Notes under the pieces: model-generated
Seen by the model: the letters and a program-made list of their open reading frames with translations, nothing else
What the model was told of the DNA's origin: nothing
Database searches by the model: none
Made by a program: the position numbers and the translations under genes
In this document: piece by piece, positions 49,983 through 60,747 of the stretch
How the letters are laid out: every line of letters begins with the position of its first letter
Numbering within the stretch: the first letter of the stretch is position 1
NCBI GenBank assembly: GCA_963756875.1
Contig: CAVWPA010000003.1
Span: 384,001 to 448,000, forward strand
DNA: 64,000 nt
Direction of reading: 5' to 3'
Source of the DNA: an uncultured Verrucomicrobiae bacterium
GTDB taxonomy: Bacteria; Verrucomicrobiota; Verrucomicrobiia; Chthoniobacterales; UBA10450

Positions 49983-51025
49983 GGCCTGGCTTTCACGGCC
50001 TGGCCGTCCACGAGCAAAGCCGCGCCATCGGTAACAACCTCTTCGCCGGCGCTGACGCCGGACAGCAGCTCGATTTCGTCGCCGAAGCGCCTGCCCGTCT
50101 TCACCAATCGCAACTGCGCATGATTGTTCGTGACGACGAAAACCAGTTCCATTTGTCCGCGCTCAATCACCGCGCTTGCGGGCGCGCGAAGCACGTTCGT
50201 TTCGCTTACAGGAATTTCGACGCGCCCGAACTGACCCGCGCGCAAATCCGGCGCGGATGGCAGATCGAGCTTTACCAGAAAAGTGCGGCTGCCTGGGTCG
50301 GCCGAGGGAGCAATCTCGCTGACCACTGCTTCACGCTCCTTTGACGCGATGCGGACCGGAAGCTTTGCGCCGAGCGCGACCTTTGCAAGGATCGCCTCTG
50401 GCACGGCGGCTTCGAATTGCAACGTATGCGGGTCTTCCATCTCGATCAGCGGTTTTCCCGGCGTGGCGAGATCGCCGACATCGGCAAGTTTGCGTGTAAC
50501 TACACCGTCGAACGGGGCGGTGATTTTCGCGTAGTCGAGCATCGTCTCCGCTTCAGTTGCCGAAGCGACGGCGACCTGATAACGCGACTGAACGGCCTCA
50601 AACTCGGCGGGGGTAATCACCTGCTGGGCGCGGAGCGTCTGGTAGCGTTTCAATTCGCTCTCAGTTTGTCGGCGGACGGCGAGCGCTTGGTCCAGCTTGG
50701 CCTGGATCTCCCGCACGTCGAGCTGTGCCAGGAACTCGCCCGCCTTCACTTTCTGTCCCGGCGTGGCGAGCATTTTTTCGATACGCCCGCTTACCTTCGC
50801 TTCGATCACTGAGTGAAGCTTCGGACGGACCGTGCCGACAACTTCTTCCGCGGCGACATGAGGCTTTTCCTCGATCTTTTGAACGCGAACGTTCGCCGCG
50901 GGCAGCGCTGTCGGCGGTGGCAGGCGGTGTTTTCCGCAGCCCGCCAACAGAACCAGCCCTAGCGCGACAAGACAAATGCCGCAACACCGGAACACGAGAT
51001 TATCGATCGGCTTTAATAAGTGCAT
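49979..51025 (-). CDS. RND membrane fusion (periplasmic adaptor) lipoprotein
   Basis: Lipobox LAGC; lipoyl halves AKVSGRI and ITAPFDGVV; coiled coil. Confidence 0.9.
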   Translation of the reverse strand: MHLLKPIDNLVFRCCGICLVALGLVLLAGCGKHRLPPPTALPAANVRVQKIEEKPHVAAEEVVGTVRPKLHSVIEAKVSGRIEKMLATPGQKVKAGEFLAQLDVREIQAKLDQALAVRRQTESELKRYQTLRAQQVITPAEFEAVQSRYQVAVASATEAETMLDYAKITAPFDGVVTRKLADVGDLATPGKPLIEMEDPHTLQFEAAVPEAILAKVALGAKLPVRIASKEREAVVSEIAPSADPGSRTFLVKLDLPSAPDLRAGQFGRVEIPVSETNVLRAPASAVIERGQMELVFVVTNNHAQLRLVKTGRRFGDEIELLSGVSAGEEVVTDGAALLVDGQAVKARP

Positions 51026-51079
51026 CTAACGGAGTAATGACCCGCAGTTCGATGGCGCCGGCGCGAGTTGTTTCGTCGA

Positions 51080-51751
51080 TCAGTGGGCCTTAATGACATA
51101 TTGATAGGGTAACATCCCGCTATCAGCAGAAACGACGGTGAAGCCCGCCGATCTTAACTCCGATTCTGCCTGTTCTTCCGCGACCCGGAGTTCGACGGGT
51201 GGTCCCGGCGGCGTCTTCATCTTCTTGAAGTCGATGATCACGAGCACACCGCCTTTGCGAAGACACTTTTTAAGCTTCTTGAGGTATTCGATTCTGTTTT
51301 CGATGTGATGAAACGTGTCCACGATTAGCACCATATCGGCTTCACGCGTCTTGAGTCCCGATGAATCCGGCGTGGTCAAGCGGGTCTCGATATTGGCGCC
51401 GATCTTTTGCGTCTGTTTCTTGTGGTCGATGTAATCGAGGAACCGCTGGTCGATATCGATGGCGATCACCTTCGCCGCTTTCTTCGCGATCGGGAAAGCA
51501 AAGTAACCGGTGCCGGCGCCGATGTCGGCGACGGTCTTTCCGTCGAGTGGTCCCAGGTTGGCAACGATCTTCTCCGGCTTTTGCCATTTCGCCCGCGAAG
51601 GATCCTCGAAACGAGCCGTCAGTTTGTCGAAATCCGCCTGGTGCATGTATCGGTTGGCCGCGCTTTCCTGCGCAGCCGCGGCAGGTTCGGGATGCAATAA
51701 AGCGCACGCCATAAGGGTCGTCGTGGTGATTGAGAATAATTCCTTGATCAT
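51080..51751 (-). CDS. Class I SAM-dependent methyltransferase with signal-like N-terminus
   Basis: VADIGAGTGYF, VIAIDID, DTFHHI, L.KGG.LVIIDF. Confidence 0.85.
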   Translation of the reverse strand: MIKELFSITTTTLMACALLHPEPAAAAQESAANRYMHQADFDKLTARFEDPSRAKWQKPEKIVANLGPLDGKTVADIGAGTGYFAFPIAKKAAKVIAIDIDQRFLDYIDHKKQTQKIGANIETRLTTPDSSGLKTREADMVLIVDTFHHIENRIEYLKKLKKCLRKGGVLVIIDFKKMKTPPGPPVELRVAEEQAESELRSAGFTVVSADSGMLPYQYVIKAH

Positions 51752-51787
51752 AGATTGCGTCATCCTTTGTCGACTTGCAGGCAAAAC

Positions 51788-51920
51788 TCGGACCCAGAGT
51801 GTAAAAGATAAACGTAGAACATGTCCGCCATTAACGCACTTGAGCCGCGTGAGGCGAAGCTATTTACGCGGGCTACCCCGCTTGGATTCGAACCCCGAAA
51901 GCTTTCGAGGCTGTGTTACC
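51788..51920 (-). repeat. Truncated second copy of tRNA-Gln fragment + inverted repeat + GIY-YIG 5' end
   Basis: 51788-51894 is a near-identical direct repeat of 52957-53065. Confidence 0.85.
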
Positions 51921-52037
51921 TAAGGGCGGCGGTTTCTTTGACAGATAGTTGACGGGTACAGACAGGAAATTATCACGAATTCCTCCGAAGCCACGTCGCT
52001 TTCGGTAGCGGTGCTCTTCTTCACCAGTCAGCCGGCG

Positions 52038-52553
52038 CTATTGATTCTTGGTTTTACCTTCTTCCTTGGACGCGTGATCGCCGTCTTTAGTGGCACGCTG
52101 TTCCCTCCTGTATTTGCCCTTCTTGGTCCTCTCATGCGACTTGGAGCCGTCCTTGTGATAAACACGCTGCCCATGCTGCCCGCGGGTTTTCCTATCGCGC
52201 ACGACCGTTTGCGATCCAGCGCGGGGTTCGGGTGTCGTTTTGGTCACGGGCTCAGTTGCTGAGGGTGTCGTTTTGATCACGGGCTGAGTTGCTGAGCTGG
52301 CAACGGGAGTTGCTGAGCTAGCAACGGGAGCAACCGTCGCCGCAGGGGCGGGCGAAGCCGCTTTCGGGTTGGCCGGGGATGGCGACGCGCCGGCATTCGG
52401 AAGGTTAACGACGCTCGTCCCAACCTGCAGTCCCGGCGCATACCGCACTTGGAATGAATCATTCGGCGGAGCCACTGGCGTCGGCGATTGCGCTGATAGC
52501 GACACCGCAGAAAAGACCACCAATACGATTATCAACCGTGCCGAATTATTCAT
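52038..52553 (-). CDS. Secreted low-complexity Pro/Thr/Ala-rich protein
   Basis: Signal peptide; tandem repeats PVASSAT x2 and PV.KTTP x2. Confidence 0.55.
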   Translation of the reverse strand: MNNSARLIIVLVVFSAVSLSAQSPTPVAPPNDSFQVRYAPGLQVGTSVVNLPNAGASPSPANPKAASPAPAATVAPVASSATPVASSATQPVIKTTPSATEPVTKTTPEPRAGSQTVVRDRKTRGQHGQRVYHKDGSKSHERTKKGKYRREQRATKDGDHASKEEGKTKNQ

Positions 52554-52695
52554 GAGAAGGATAATGGTAGGGCAATCGGGCGCATAAGCGAGTGTGATTT
52601 CGTGCGCGAGCTAAAACTCCAACAATTCGTTCGCATGTCGCTCGCAGCGCGAAGAATAGAGGGAATTTAGATTGGCTACGCCGCTTGGATTCGAA

Positions 52696-53042
52696 CCGCG
52701 TAAAAGGCTTCGCCTCACGCGGCTGATCGACTTGGGAATCTCTTAAGATAATAGGTTAATTGTCGCCGCAGGAAACGCCTGCCGCTGCCGCTCTTTAAAT
52801 ATCGCTCCCGTCCCTCGGCGTCACGTTGATCGGTGTAGGCCTCGTAGTAGATGAGCTTCCATGGCCCCCGGTGTTTTGTGGCCTTCCGAGGCACCTGCTT
52901 TGTGCTGCGACAAGCGTCTTTTAAGGTCCGCAGAATAGCCGATGTAAAAGCCCGCATCGGACCCAGAGTGTAAAAGATAAACGTAGAACATGTCCGCCAA
53001 TTAACGCATTGTGAGCCGCGTGAGGCGAAGCCTTTTACGCGG
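52696..53042 (-). mobile_element. Candidate mini mobile element: GIY-YIG gene inside 29-bp inverted repeats at the tRNA-Gln 3' end
   Basis: CCGCGTAAAAGGCTTCGCCTCACGCGGCT (52696-52724) is the exact reverse complement of 53014-53042; tRNA 3' end duplicated at 52673-52697. Confidence 0.65.
52715..52991 (-). CDS. Small GIY-YIG nuclease (UPF0213-like), frameshifted near 52888
   Basis: MFYVYLLHS..D.GFYIGYSADLKRRL.QH continues in another frame as TKHRGPWKLIYYEAY...DAEGRERYLKSGSGR. Confidence 0.8.
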
Positions 53043-53043
53043 G

Positions 53044-53114
53044 CTACCCCGCTTGGATTCGAACCAAGAATAACGCCTCCAAAGGGCGCTGTGTTACCGT
53101 TACACCACGGGGTA
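53044..53114 (-). tRNA. tRNA-Gln (TTG)
   Basis: TACCCCG/CGGGGTA acceptor stem, D-arm, GCGCC-CTTTGGA-GGCGT anticodon arm, GGTTCGAATCC T-arm; followed by CCC rather than CCA. Confidence 0.93.
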
Positions 53115-53183
53115 TTCCCGATCCGGGATCGTGGATTTCGGACTACCGATTTGCAACCGTAGCGCGCTCGACAGCGCGCGCAA

Positions 53184-54314
53184 TTATTGCCCGGTGGATG
53201 ATTTTGGCAGCCGAATATCGATTGTGGTCCCTTTGCCCGGAACGCTGGCAATGGAAATTGTGCCGCCATGCGCTTCCATGATCGATTTCGCGACGGCCAG
53301 TCCGGCCCCGGTGCGGTGCGATTGGGCATGCGGCTCGAATGGCTCGAATAACCGCGAGACCAGCTCCGGGGGGATTCCGACGCCTGTGTCCGAGATTCGT
53401 AGGGCAACCTGTCCGAGTACCAGGTCGGTCGTGAGTGTGAGCACGCCTCCGTTCGGCATGGCGCCGATGGCGTTATCGATCACGGTTCCGAGCGAACGTG
53501 TCACCCGGCCAAGATCGATGTCGACGTTGCCCTCGTATCGAATGTGTTTTACAAACTCGATTTTCCTCGCCGGCAAGAGATGAAGCGATTGCCGGTTCAA
53601 TTCATCGAGCAAACGCCAGATCGAGACCGGCCGCTTGCTGACCGAAACCGAGCCGCGCGTGTAATCGAGCAGGTCCAGGGTCATGCCAAGGATGCCGTTC
53701 ACCGCTTCGGTAAGCATTTTGCTCAATTCGCGCAGCTGCGGGTCGGTCGATTCGTTTGCGATCACCTCCGAGCAGCAGCGGGCGATACAGACTGGATTTT
53801 TTAGATCCTGGAGCACGGCATTGGCCAGCGCGCCGGCCACTCGCAGGCGTTCTGCGCGCACCGTCTCATGCATGAAATGCGCGTTCACTTTTCGAATGCG
53901 ATCCGTGACGGCGCGAAGAAAGTTCATGTGCAACCGGCTGGGCGCGATCTCAAGAAGCTGCTGGAAGGTTTTCTCTTTGACTGTGCCAATCACTGCAGGT
54001 TCGACCGCGCGCGCCGTGACAGAGCGGGTCTCGCCAGCGAGCAGCGCCGTGGCGCCAAAGAAATTTCCCGGGTCGACATAATCGACAATCTCCTGCTCGC
54101 CGGCGCTGCTGGGCCTCGAAATTTCGATGGAACCTTCTCCCACCAGATAAAGCGAATCGCCGGGGTCGCCCTCGTGAAAAATGATCCCTCCCGGCTCAAC
54201 GTGGAGCACGCCGATCTTGGGCGTGATCCTTTTCAGCGTGGTTGAGCTGATTCCTTCGAAAAGCCGGTTACCGGCGAACCGTTCGGAAACGCGTACTCGC
54301 GGCGCTGAGCTCAT
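53184..54314 (-). CDS. cNMP-binding domain + histidine-kinase-like protein lacking the phosphoacceptor His
   Basis: cNMP domain; H-box reads VLQDLKNP; HATPase motifs NA, DTG.GI, G.GL. Confidence 0.8.
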   Translation of the reverse strand: MSSAPRVRVSERFAGNRLFEGISSTTLKRITPKIGVLHVEPGGIIFHEGDPGDSLYLVGEGSIEISRPSSAGEQEIVDYVDPGNFFGATALLAGETRSVTARAVEPAVIGTVKEKTFQQLLEIAPSRLHMNFLRAVTDRIRKVNAHFMHETVRAERLRVAGALANAVLQDLKNPVCIARCCSEVIANESTDPQLRELSKMLTEAVNGILGMTLDLLDYTRGSVSVSKRPVSIWRLLDELNRQSLHLLPARKIEFVKHIRYEGNVDIDLGRVTRSLGTVIDNAIGAMPNGGVLTLTTDLVLGQVALRISDTGVGIPPELVSRLFEPFEPHAQSHRTGAGLAVAKSIMEAHGGTISIASVPGKGTTIDIRLPKSSTGQ

Positions 54315-54324
54315 GGCCCCGGGG

Positions 54325-55059
54325 CTAACTAGCCAGCGAAGAGCCTGTCGGACCTCCCCCGGCGCGCGAATATTTCACGCTTTCCAGGATTGAGCGGACA
54401 TTGCTAACGATTTCATCGGGCGCCAGCGGTTTTCGCAAGAAGCCGCTAAGTCCGGCGCTCATTAACTGGTCGAGGCGTTCCCCTTGAATAAATCCGGTGC
54501 AAAGCACGACGGGAACGTCGGGCCGAATTTCGCGAAGCCGCTGAAACGTTTCTTCACCATCCATAAACGGCATGGTGAGATCGAGAATGACGAGTTCGTA
54601 GGCATGCGGGCGTCGTCGAAATAGATCGAGACATTCAAACCCGGACTGCGCCGTGGTCACATTGTAGCCGGATGTGGAAAGGAGTTGTTTCACCAGCGTC
54701 AACGCCATTTCCTCATCGTCCACTACCAGAATGCCCGGCCTGTGCACCGGCATTTGTGTCACCGCTTTCGGTTTTACGAATCCGGCCAGATCGGGATGCA
54801 TCAGCATCTTGTGCTCGGCTCCGCCGGCTTGCTGCGAAAGCTGGGCTGCAACCGTCTCCGCGCGCTCGATGCTTTCACGCAGCATCTCGAGATATTTTTC
54901 GGCGCCGTCGCTGCCTTCCCACATGTTCTCGATTTCGGAGCTCGTGCCCGAAATGATCTGCAGGAGATTGTTCAGCTCGCTGGCAGCTTTGGAGACCGAT
55001 TTCTTGGAAACCGAATCATCCGGCGGAAGCGGGGTATTGCTCTTCGAATGAGACTTCAT
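54325..55059 (-). CDS. Response regulator with degenerate HisKA-like N-terminus
   Basis: AASELNNLLQII, then receiver ILVVDDE, ILDLTMP.MDG, FLRKP. Confidence 0.8.
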   Translation of the reverse strand: MKSHSKSNTPLPPDDSVSKKSVSKAASELNNLLQIISGTSSEIENMWEGSDGAEKYLEMLRESIERAETVAAQLSQQAGGAEHKMLMHPDLAGFVKPKAVTQMPVHRPGILVVDDEEMALTLVKQLLSTSGYNVTTAQSGFECLDLFRRRPHAYELVILDLTMPFMDGEETFQRLREIRPDVPVVLCTGFIQGERLDQLMSAGLSGFLRKPLAPDEIVSNVRSILESVKYSRAGGGPTGSSLAS

Positions 55060-55238
55060 CCGGCTAACTCTAAGCACGCCTGATGCCTCCGAAGGCCCTG
55101 CTCCGAAAAAATATCCCCAGCTTTGGGACAGATTGACGCAGTCAAGCCAGGCTGCGTTACCCTATTTGGAGCCGGCCGGCACACCGGAAATCCGATTCGC
55201 AATCAGGTCAATCCCGCCTATACTTGTTGTTCCCACTT

Positions 55239-56006
55239 ATGAAGGAACTTCGCATTGAAAATCTGCACGCGAACATCGCCGATCGGGAGATTGTTCGCGG
55301 CCTCAGTCTCGCCATCCCGCAGGGGGAAGTGCATGCCATCATGGGGCCGAACGGCTCGGGCAAGAGCACGCTTGCGAAAGTGATGGCCGGCCATCCCGAT
55401 TATCAGGTCACCGGCGGCAGGGTCATGATGGACGGTGAAAATTTGCTCGAACTCGAACCGGACGAGCGTGCGCGTCGCGGACTTTTTCTCGCTTTTCAGT
55501 ACCCGAACGAAGTTCCCGGCGTCACCATCGCGAATTTCTTGCGTGCCGCGGTGCAATCGCGTCTGCCGGAGGGTGAGGAACTCGAGGCCACCGATTACTA
55601 CGCAAAGCTTTACGAAAAAATGGAGCTCCTCGGGATGGAGCGTTCGTTCACCTCGCGTTCGGTCAACGAAGGTTTTTCCGGCGGCGAAAAGAAGCGCGCC
55701 GAGATTTTACAGCTGGCCATGCTGGAACCGAAGTATGCGATCCTCGATGAGACCGACAGCGGTCTCGACATCGATGCGCTCAAAACCGTCGCTCACGGCG
55801 TGAATTCGTTGCGCGGGCCGAATATTGGAATACTTTTAATCACACATTATCAGCGTATCCTGAACTACATCGTTCCCGACCACGTGCATGTGATGGTGCA
55901 GGGCCGGATCGTGCGCAGCGGCGGGAAGGAACTGGCGCTCGAGCTCGAAGAGCGAGGCTATGATTGGGCGCGTGAGACGGCCGGTGAGATGGCGCTGACC
56001 AAATAA
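55239..56006 (+). CDS. sufC: Fe-S assembly ATPase SufC
   Basis: [36 protein letters not shown]. Confidence 0.96.
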   Translation: MKELRIENLHANIADREIVRGLSLAIPQGEVHAIMGPNGSGKSTLAKVMAGHPDYQVTGGRVMMDGENLLELEPDERARRGLFLAFQYPNEVPGVTIANFLRAAVQSRLPEGEELEATDYYAKLYEKMELLGMERSFTSRSVNEGFSGGEKKRAEILQLAMLEPKYAILDETDSGLDIDALKTVAHGVNSLRGPNIGILLITHYQRILNYIVPDHVHVMVQGRIVRSGGKELALELEERGYDWARETAGEMALTK

Positions 56007-56031
56007 CAAAACTCGGCAACCACAAATCGAC

Positions 56032-57441
56032 ATGAAAACTGAAACCAAAGCGGTCGATATCAATCGCGGAATCGGCGATTTCGCATATCCGGAAGTGCAC
56101 GTTCGTGATGCGGGCGCCGGTTTGAGCGAAAAGACCATTCATTACATCTCCGACGTCAAGGAAGACCCCGATTGGGTCCGTGAATTCCGGCTGCGCGGGC
56201 TGAAGACATTTCTTGAGAAGCCGCTGCCCACGCATTGGGCCAGCAAGGACCTCGAGGCAATTGATTTCGACAAGATCCGTTATTATCTGTCGCCCGGCAC
56301 CACCACGAAGCGCAGTTGGGACGAAGTGCCGGAGGACATCAAACGCACGTTCGAACGGCTGGGGATTCCCGAGCAGGAGCGAAAATTCCTGGCCGGCGTG
56401 GAAGCGCAGTTCGACAGCGAAGCGGTTTACTCAAACATCAAGAAAGCGGTCGGCGAACAAGGCGTCATTTTCATCGGCTCGACCGAAGGCCTGAAGAATC
56501 ATCCGGACATTTTCCGGAAATGGTTCGGCAAGATCATTCCGATTGGCGATAACAAATTCAGCGCGCTCAACAGCGCGGTCTTCAGCGGCGGTTCGTTCAT
56601 TTATGTTCCGCCCGGCGTGAAGGTGAAACATCCGCTCCAGGCGTACTTCCGGATCAACGCGGAAAACTTCGGGCAGTTCGAACGAACGCTGATCATCGCG
56701 GACGAAGGCTCGGAAGTCACTTACATGGAAGGTTGCACCGCGCCGAAGTTCAACACCGCCACTCTGCACAGCGCGGTGGTGGAGTTGGTGGCGCTCAAGG
56801 GGGCGAAGATCCAATACATCACGGTGCAAAACTGGTCGGCTAACGTTTTCAATCTGGTGACGAAACGCGGCCTGGCGCACGAAGAGGCGGAGGTGAAATG
56901 GATCGATTGCAATATCGGTTCGCGTCTCACCATGAAGTATCCGGGCGTGGTTCTGAAGGGCCGCAAAGCGCGTGGCGAGGTGCTCTCAATCGCGCTTGCC
57001 AACAACGGCCAGCATCAGGACACCGGCGCGAAAATGGTTCATGCCGCCGATGAGACAACCTCGAATATTATTTCGAAATCGATTTCGATCGGCACCGGAC
57101 GCGCAACCTATCGCGGCCTGGTCCACGTGCCGAAACACCTCAAGCATTGCAAAAACAATACCGAGTGCGACGCGTTGCTCATCAACGCAACCAGCCGCAC
57201 CGACACCTATCCCGCGATTACCGTGCGCGGCGTCGGCAACGCCGTGCAGCACGAGGCGAGCGTCAGCCAGGTGAGCGCGGAACAGATTTTTTATATGCAA
57301 CAGCGTGGCCTGACCCAAGCGCAGGCCATGAGCTTGAGCGTAAACGGGTTCGTCAACGATCTCGTCCGCCAGTTTCCGATGGAATACTCGGTCGAGCTCA
57401 AGCGTCTGATCGAGCTGGAAATGGAAGGTTCGGTTGGATAA
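56032..57441 (+). CDS. sufB: Fe-S assembly protein SufB
   Basis: [34 protein letters not shown]. Confidence 0.96.
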   Translation: MKTETKAVDINRGIGDFAYPEVHVRDAGAGLSEKTIHYISDVKEDPDWVREFRLRGLKTFLEKPLPTHWASKDLEAIDFDKIRYYLSPGTTTKRSWDEVPEDIKRTFERLGIPEQERKFLAGVEAQFDSEAVYSNIKKAVGEQGVIFIGSTEGLKNHPDIFRKWFGKIIPIGDNKFSALNSAVFSGGSFIYVPPGVKVKHPLQAYFRINAENFGQFERTLIIADEGSEVTYMEGCTAPKFNTATLHSAVVELVALKGAKIQYITVQNWSANVFNLVTKRGLAHEEAEVKWIDCNIGSRLTMKYPGVVLKGRKARGEVLSIALANNGQHQDTGAKMVHAADETTSNIISKSISIGTGRATYRGLVHVPKHLKHCKNNTECDALLINATSRTDTYPAITVRGVGNAVQHEASVSQVSAEQIFYMQQRGLTQAQAMSLSVNGFVNDLVRQFPMEYSVELKRLIELEMEGSVG

Positions 57442-57464
57442 CCCTCTAGCCTAACAAATTTAAC

Positions 57465-57488
57465 TGTAGCGGCGGTCTATGACCGCCG
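57465..57488. repeat. Single GTAG-type REP
   Basis: TGTAGCGGCGGTCTATGACCGCCG; same family as the copy at 59369. Confidence 0.6.
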
Positions 57489-57503
57489 TTCTTGTCTATA
57501 GAA

Positions 57504-58826
57504 ATGTCCCTGGTCACTCACGATGAAACGACAAAAGCCGGCCGGGTCCTTTCAGGACCGACCGGTTCCGAGGATTTCCCGGACTGGTTCCGCGAACAAC
57601 AGCGCGCGGCATGGAAACAATTCGAATCGCTCCCGTCGCCGACACGGAAAGATCAGCCCTGGCGTTTTTCCAGTGTCGATCTTCTTGATCTCTCCCCTTT
57701 CGTTCGCTCGCAAGCCCTGAACGATGAGGAGCGCGCCGCAATCCTCGAACAATCGCGCGGGCTCGATAAGGTCGCGGGCCGTCTCGTTTTTGCCGGCGAC
57801 GAGCTGATTCACCGCGATGTCATTTCCGATCAACTTCGGAAGCGCGGCGTCATCTTTCAACCGCTCGAGCGTGCCATGGTCGAGCACGCCGATTTGTTTC
57901 GTAAATATTTCATGTCGCAGCCGGCAATCCTTGGCTCGGCCAAATTCGCCGCCTTGCATCAGGCGCTGGTCACGTCGGGAACATTTCTGTTCGTCCCGCG
58001 CGGCGTGGAGATCGAATTGCCGATCGAAATTTTTCACTGGCTGAGCGGCGACAATGCCGCGGTCTTTCCGCATTTGCTCCTGGTCACGGATGAACTTTCC
58101 AAAGTCACGGTGGTCGAGCATTTCGGTTCCGTCGATCGGCAGCAGACCGGCTTCGCGTGCGGAGTGAACGACCTGATCGCAGGCCCCGGCGCAAAAGTCA
58201 CCTACGTTTGCGCGCAGAATTGGGGAACAAACGTCGTCGCGCTGCAGATCAACTCGACAAGAGTCGAACATGACGCCTCGGCCATGAGCTTGAATTTGCA
58301 TCTTGGCGGGAAATATTCGCGCTTCGAAAGCCTGAGCCGCCTAACCAGCGAAGGCGCGCGCAGCGATCTGCTCGCGGTGTCGGTTGCCGACGGGTCCCAG
58401 GAGTTCGACGCGCGCACGCTCCAGGATCACATCTCTCCACACACTACCAGCGATCTCCTTTACAAAAACGCGCTGAGCGATCGCGCCCGGAATATCTTCG
58501 GCGGCCTGATCCGCGTAGAGCCGCACGCGCATTTCACCGACGCCTACCAGAAAGTACGCAACCTTCTCTTGAGCGATGATGCGGAAGCGAACTCGATGCC
58601 CGGTCTCGAAATTATGGCTGATAACGTCCGCTGCACGCACGGTGCAACGTCCGGCCAGATCGATGAAGACGAATTATTTTATCTGCGCTCGCGCGGAATC
58701 TCCATCCCTGTTGCGCAACGCCTCATTGTGGCCGGATTTTTAAATGAAGTCATCAAGCGCCTTGATCAACCGGCGATCGCGGAGCATTTGAATCGGTTGA
58801 TCGAAGAGAAATTTTCCGGCGCATAA
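57504..58826 (+). CDS. sufD: Fe-S assembly protein SufD
   Basis: W.FS, NLLLS..A, P.LEI.AD.V.CTHGAT, LFYLRSRGI. Confidence 0.93.
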   Translation: MSLVTHDETTKAGRVLSGPTGSEDFPDWFREQQRAAWKQFESLPSPTRKDQPWRFSSVDLLDLSPFVRSQALNDEERAAILEQSRGLDKVAGRLVFAGDELIHRDVISDQLRKRGVIFQPLERAMVEHADLFRKYFMSQPAILGSAKFAALHQALVTSGTFLFVPRGVEIELPIEIFHWLSGDNAAVFPHLLLVTDELSKVTVVEHFGSVDRQQTGFACGVNDLIAGPGAKVTYVCAQNWGTNVVALQINSTRVEHDASAMSLNLHLGGKYSRFESLSRLTSEGARSDLLAVSVADGSQEFDARTLQDHISPHTTSDLLYKNALSDRARNIFGGLIRVEPHAHFTDAYQKVRNLLLSDDAEANSMPGLEIMADNVRCTHGATSGQIDEDELFYLRSRGISIPVAQRLIVAGFLNEVIKRLDQPAIAEHLNRLIEEKFSGA

Positions 58827-58913
58827 TCGCGTTCCGGCGTTTGAGGCAGAATTTCTTTGCACAAGCTTGTCGGACTGTTGTATTTTTGGATGCTGGGAAA
58901 CGATTCTCGATCC

Positions 58914-59363
58914 ATGGACGTAAGCGGACACATTGGCGCGATCCTGAGCCAAAAGAGCGGTGAGGTCTTCTCGATTTCGCCCGACGCGACCGTCTTCGAA
59001 GCGATCGAGGTCATGGACGCGAAGAACATCGGCGCGCTGCTGGTGATGGAAGGCGATCGTTTGGTGGGGATGCTTTCCGAGCGCGATTACACGCGGAAAG
59101 TGATGCTGCGCGGGAAACGCTCGCGCGAAACGCAAGTCGCCGAAATCATGTCCACGAACGTGACGGTGACGCATCCGCAGGAGGGTGTGCAAAAATGCTT
59201 GCACCTCATGACGGACAAACATATTCGCCACCTGCCGGTGCTTGATGGCGACAAAGTGGTCGGAGTCGTTTCGATCGGCGATCTGGTAAAGTGGATCATC
59301 TCCTGCCAGAGCGCCGCTATCGAGCATCTGGAAAATTACATCAGCGGCGGATACAGCGGGTAA
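58914..59363 (+). CDS. CBS-domain pair protein
   Basis: NIGALLV, G..SERDY.RK, IRHLPV, SIGDLVK. Confidence 0.92.
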   Translation: MDVSGHIGAILSQKSGEVFSISPDATVFEAIEVMDAKNIGALLVMEGDRLVGMLSERDYTRKVMLRGKRSRETQVAEIMSTNVTVTHPQEGVQKCLHLMTDKHIRHLPVLDGDKVVGVVSIGDLVKWIISCQSAAIEHLENYISGGYSG

Positions 59364-59368
59364 TTGTA

Positions 59369-59467
59369 GTAGCGGCGCTCTATGAGCGTCGCATTATTTT
59401 TTCCCAGTATTTTGCGACGGTCATCCACCTTCGCCAGGCTACGGCGTGACAGGTAGACCGCCGCTAC
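59369..59467. repeat. GTAG-type REP doublet with a 30-nt insertion
   Basis: GTAGCGGCGCTCTATGAGCGTCGC ... GCGACGGTCA[30 nt]TAGACCGCCGCTAC. Confidence 0.65.
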
Positions 59468-60747
59468 AACGTCCAGACGGTTTCGCCGCTGACGATCGTC
59501 CTCACTGCGCGGCCTTTTAACTTCCAACCGTCGAAGGGAGAATTGCGCGAGATGGATTGGGAATTCGCGATATCAACCGTCCATTCCAGGTCGGGCGCGA
59601 TCAATGTTACATCGGCCGTTGCGCCCGGTGAGAGAGTCCCGGCGTTGAGCTTCAGCAAACGTGCAGGTTCGGCCGTGTACATTTCGATCAAGCGCACAAT
59701 GTCGATCGTGCGATGTTTGTGAACGAGAAGATCGAGAAAAATCCCAAGTTCGGTTTCGAGCCCGATGATTCCGAATGGCGCCGCGTCGAATTCGACTTCC
59801 TTTTCAAAGTCGGCGTGCGGGGCGTGATCTGAAGCGAGGACCGATAGTGTGGCATCTGCAATTCCTTCGAGCAACGCGTCGATGTCTCTCTGCGCGCGCA
59901 ACGGCGGATTCATTTTGTAGTTGGTATCGAAGTTTTGGACTGCGTCGTCGGTCAACGCGATATGATGTGGACAGACCTCCCCGCTGATTTTGATTCCCCG
60001 TGAGCGCGCCTCGCGAATCAAACGCACGCTGCCGGCCGCGGTGATGTGCTGGCAATGGATGTGATGATCGCAAAGCTCGGCGAGCAAAATGTTGCGCATG
60101 ACGATCACTTCCTCGCCCGCGGCCGGCCAGCCGGGAAGCCCGAGCAACGTGCTCCAGTAGCCTTCGTGCACAACGCCGTTGCCGACCAGATCGTAATCCT
60201 GGCAATGATCGAGCACCGGCAAGCCAACCATGCGCGCGTATTCGACGGCGCGCCGCATCAATTCATGGCTTTGAACACAGCGGCCGTCGTCCGTGATTGC
60301 CACCACGCCTGCCTGGGCCAGCGAACCGATCGGCGCCAGTTCTTCGCCGGCGAGATCTTTCGAGATGGCGCCGCACGGCAAAACATTTACGCAGGCCGCC
60401 TCGGCGGCCCGATCCTTGATCCACGCGATCGTGGCCGGGCTGTCCGCCGCGGGCGATGTGTTCGGCATGCAAACAACAGTGGTGAATCCGCCCGCCGCAG
60501 CCGCCCGTGCGCCGGACTCGATTGTTTCCTTATGGCTAAATCCGGGCTCACGCAGATGCACGTGCATGTCGATCAGCCCGGGAGAGACGATTAAGCCGCT
60601 CGCGTCGATTGTTTCAATTGCGGATTGCGGATCGCGGATTGCGGATCGATTGGCGATGCGTCCGTCGACAATTACCAAGTCGGCGATCTCGTCGCGCCTA
60701 TTTACCGGATCGATAATGCGCCCGCCGCGGATGATGGTCGCACTCAT
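59464..60747 (-). CDS. pyrC: Dihydroorotase
   Basis: [32 protein letters not shown]. Confidence 0.95.
   Translation of the reverse strand: MSATIIRGGRIIDPVNRRDEIADLVIVDGRIANRSAIRDPQSAIETIDASGLIVSPGLIDMHVHLREPGFSHKETIESGARAAAAGGFTTVVCMPNTSPAADSPATIAWIKDRAAEAACVNVLPCGAISKDLAGEELAPIGSLAQAGVVAITDDGRCVQSHELMRRAVEYARMVGLPVLDHCQDYDLVGNGVVHEGYWSTLLGLPGWPAAGEEVIVMRNILLAELCDHHIHCQHITAAGSVRLIREARSRGIKISGEVCPHHIALTDDAVQNFDTNYKMNPPLRAQRDIDALLEGIADATLSVLASDHAPHADFEKEVEFDAAPFGIIGLETELGIFLDLLVHKHRTIDIVRLIEMYTAEPARLLKLNAGTLSPGATADVTLIAPDLEWTVDIANSQSISRNSPFDGWKLKGRAVRTIVSGETVWTL

Noticed and set aside
52240..52335. Short direct repeats
   Set aside because: In-frame coding repeats of a Pro/Thr-rich protein, with no spacer structure.
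52715..53407. 230-aa ORF spanning the tRNA
   Set aside because: Chimeric frame crossing the kinase 3' end and the tRNA; only its last ~57 codons belong to the GIY-YIG gene.
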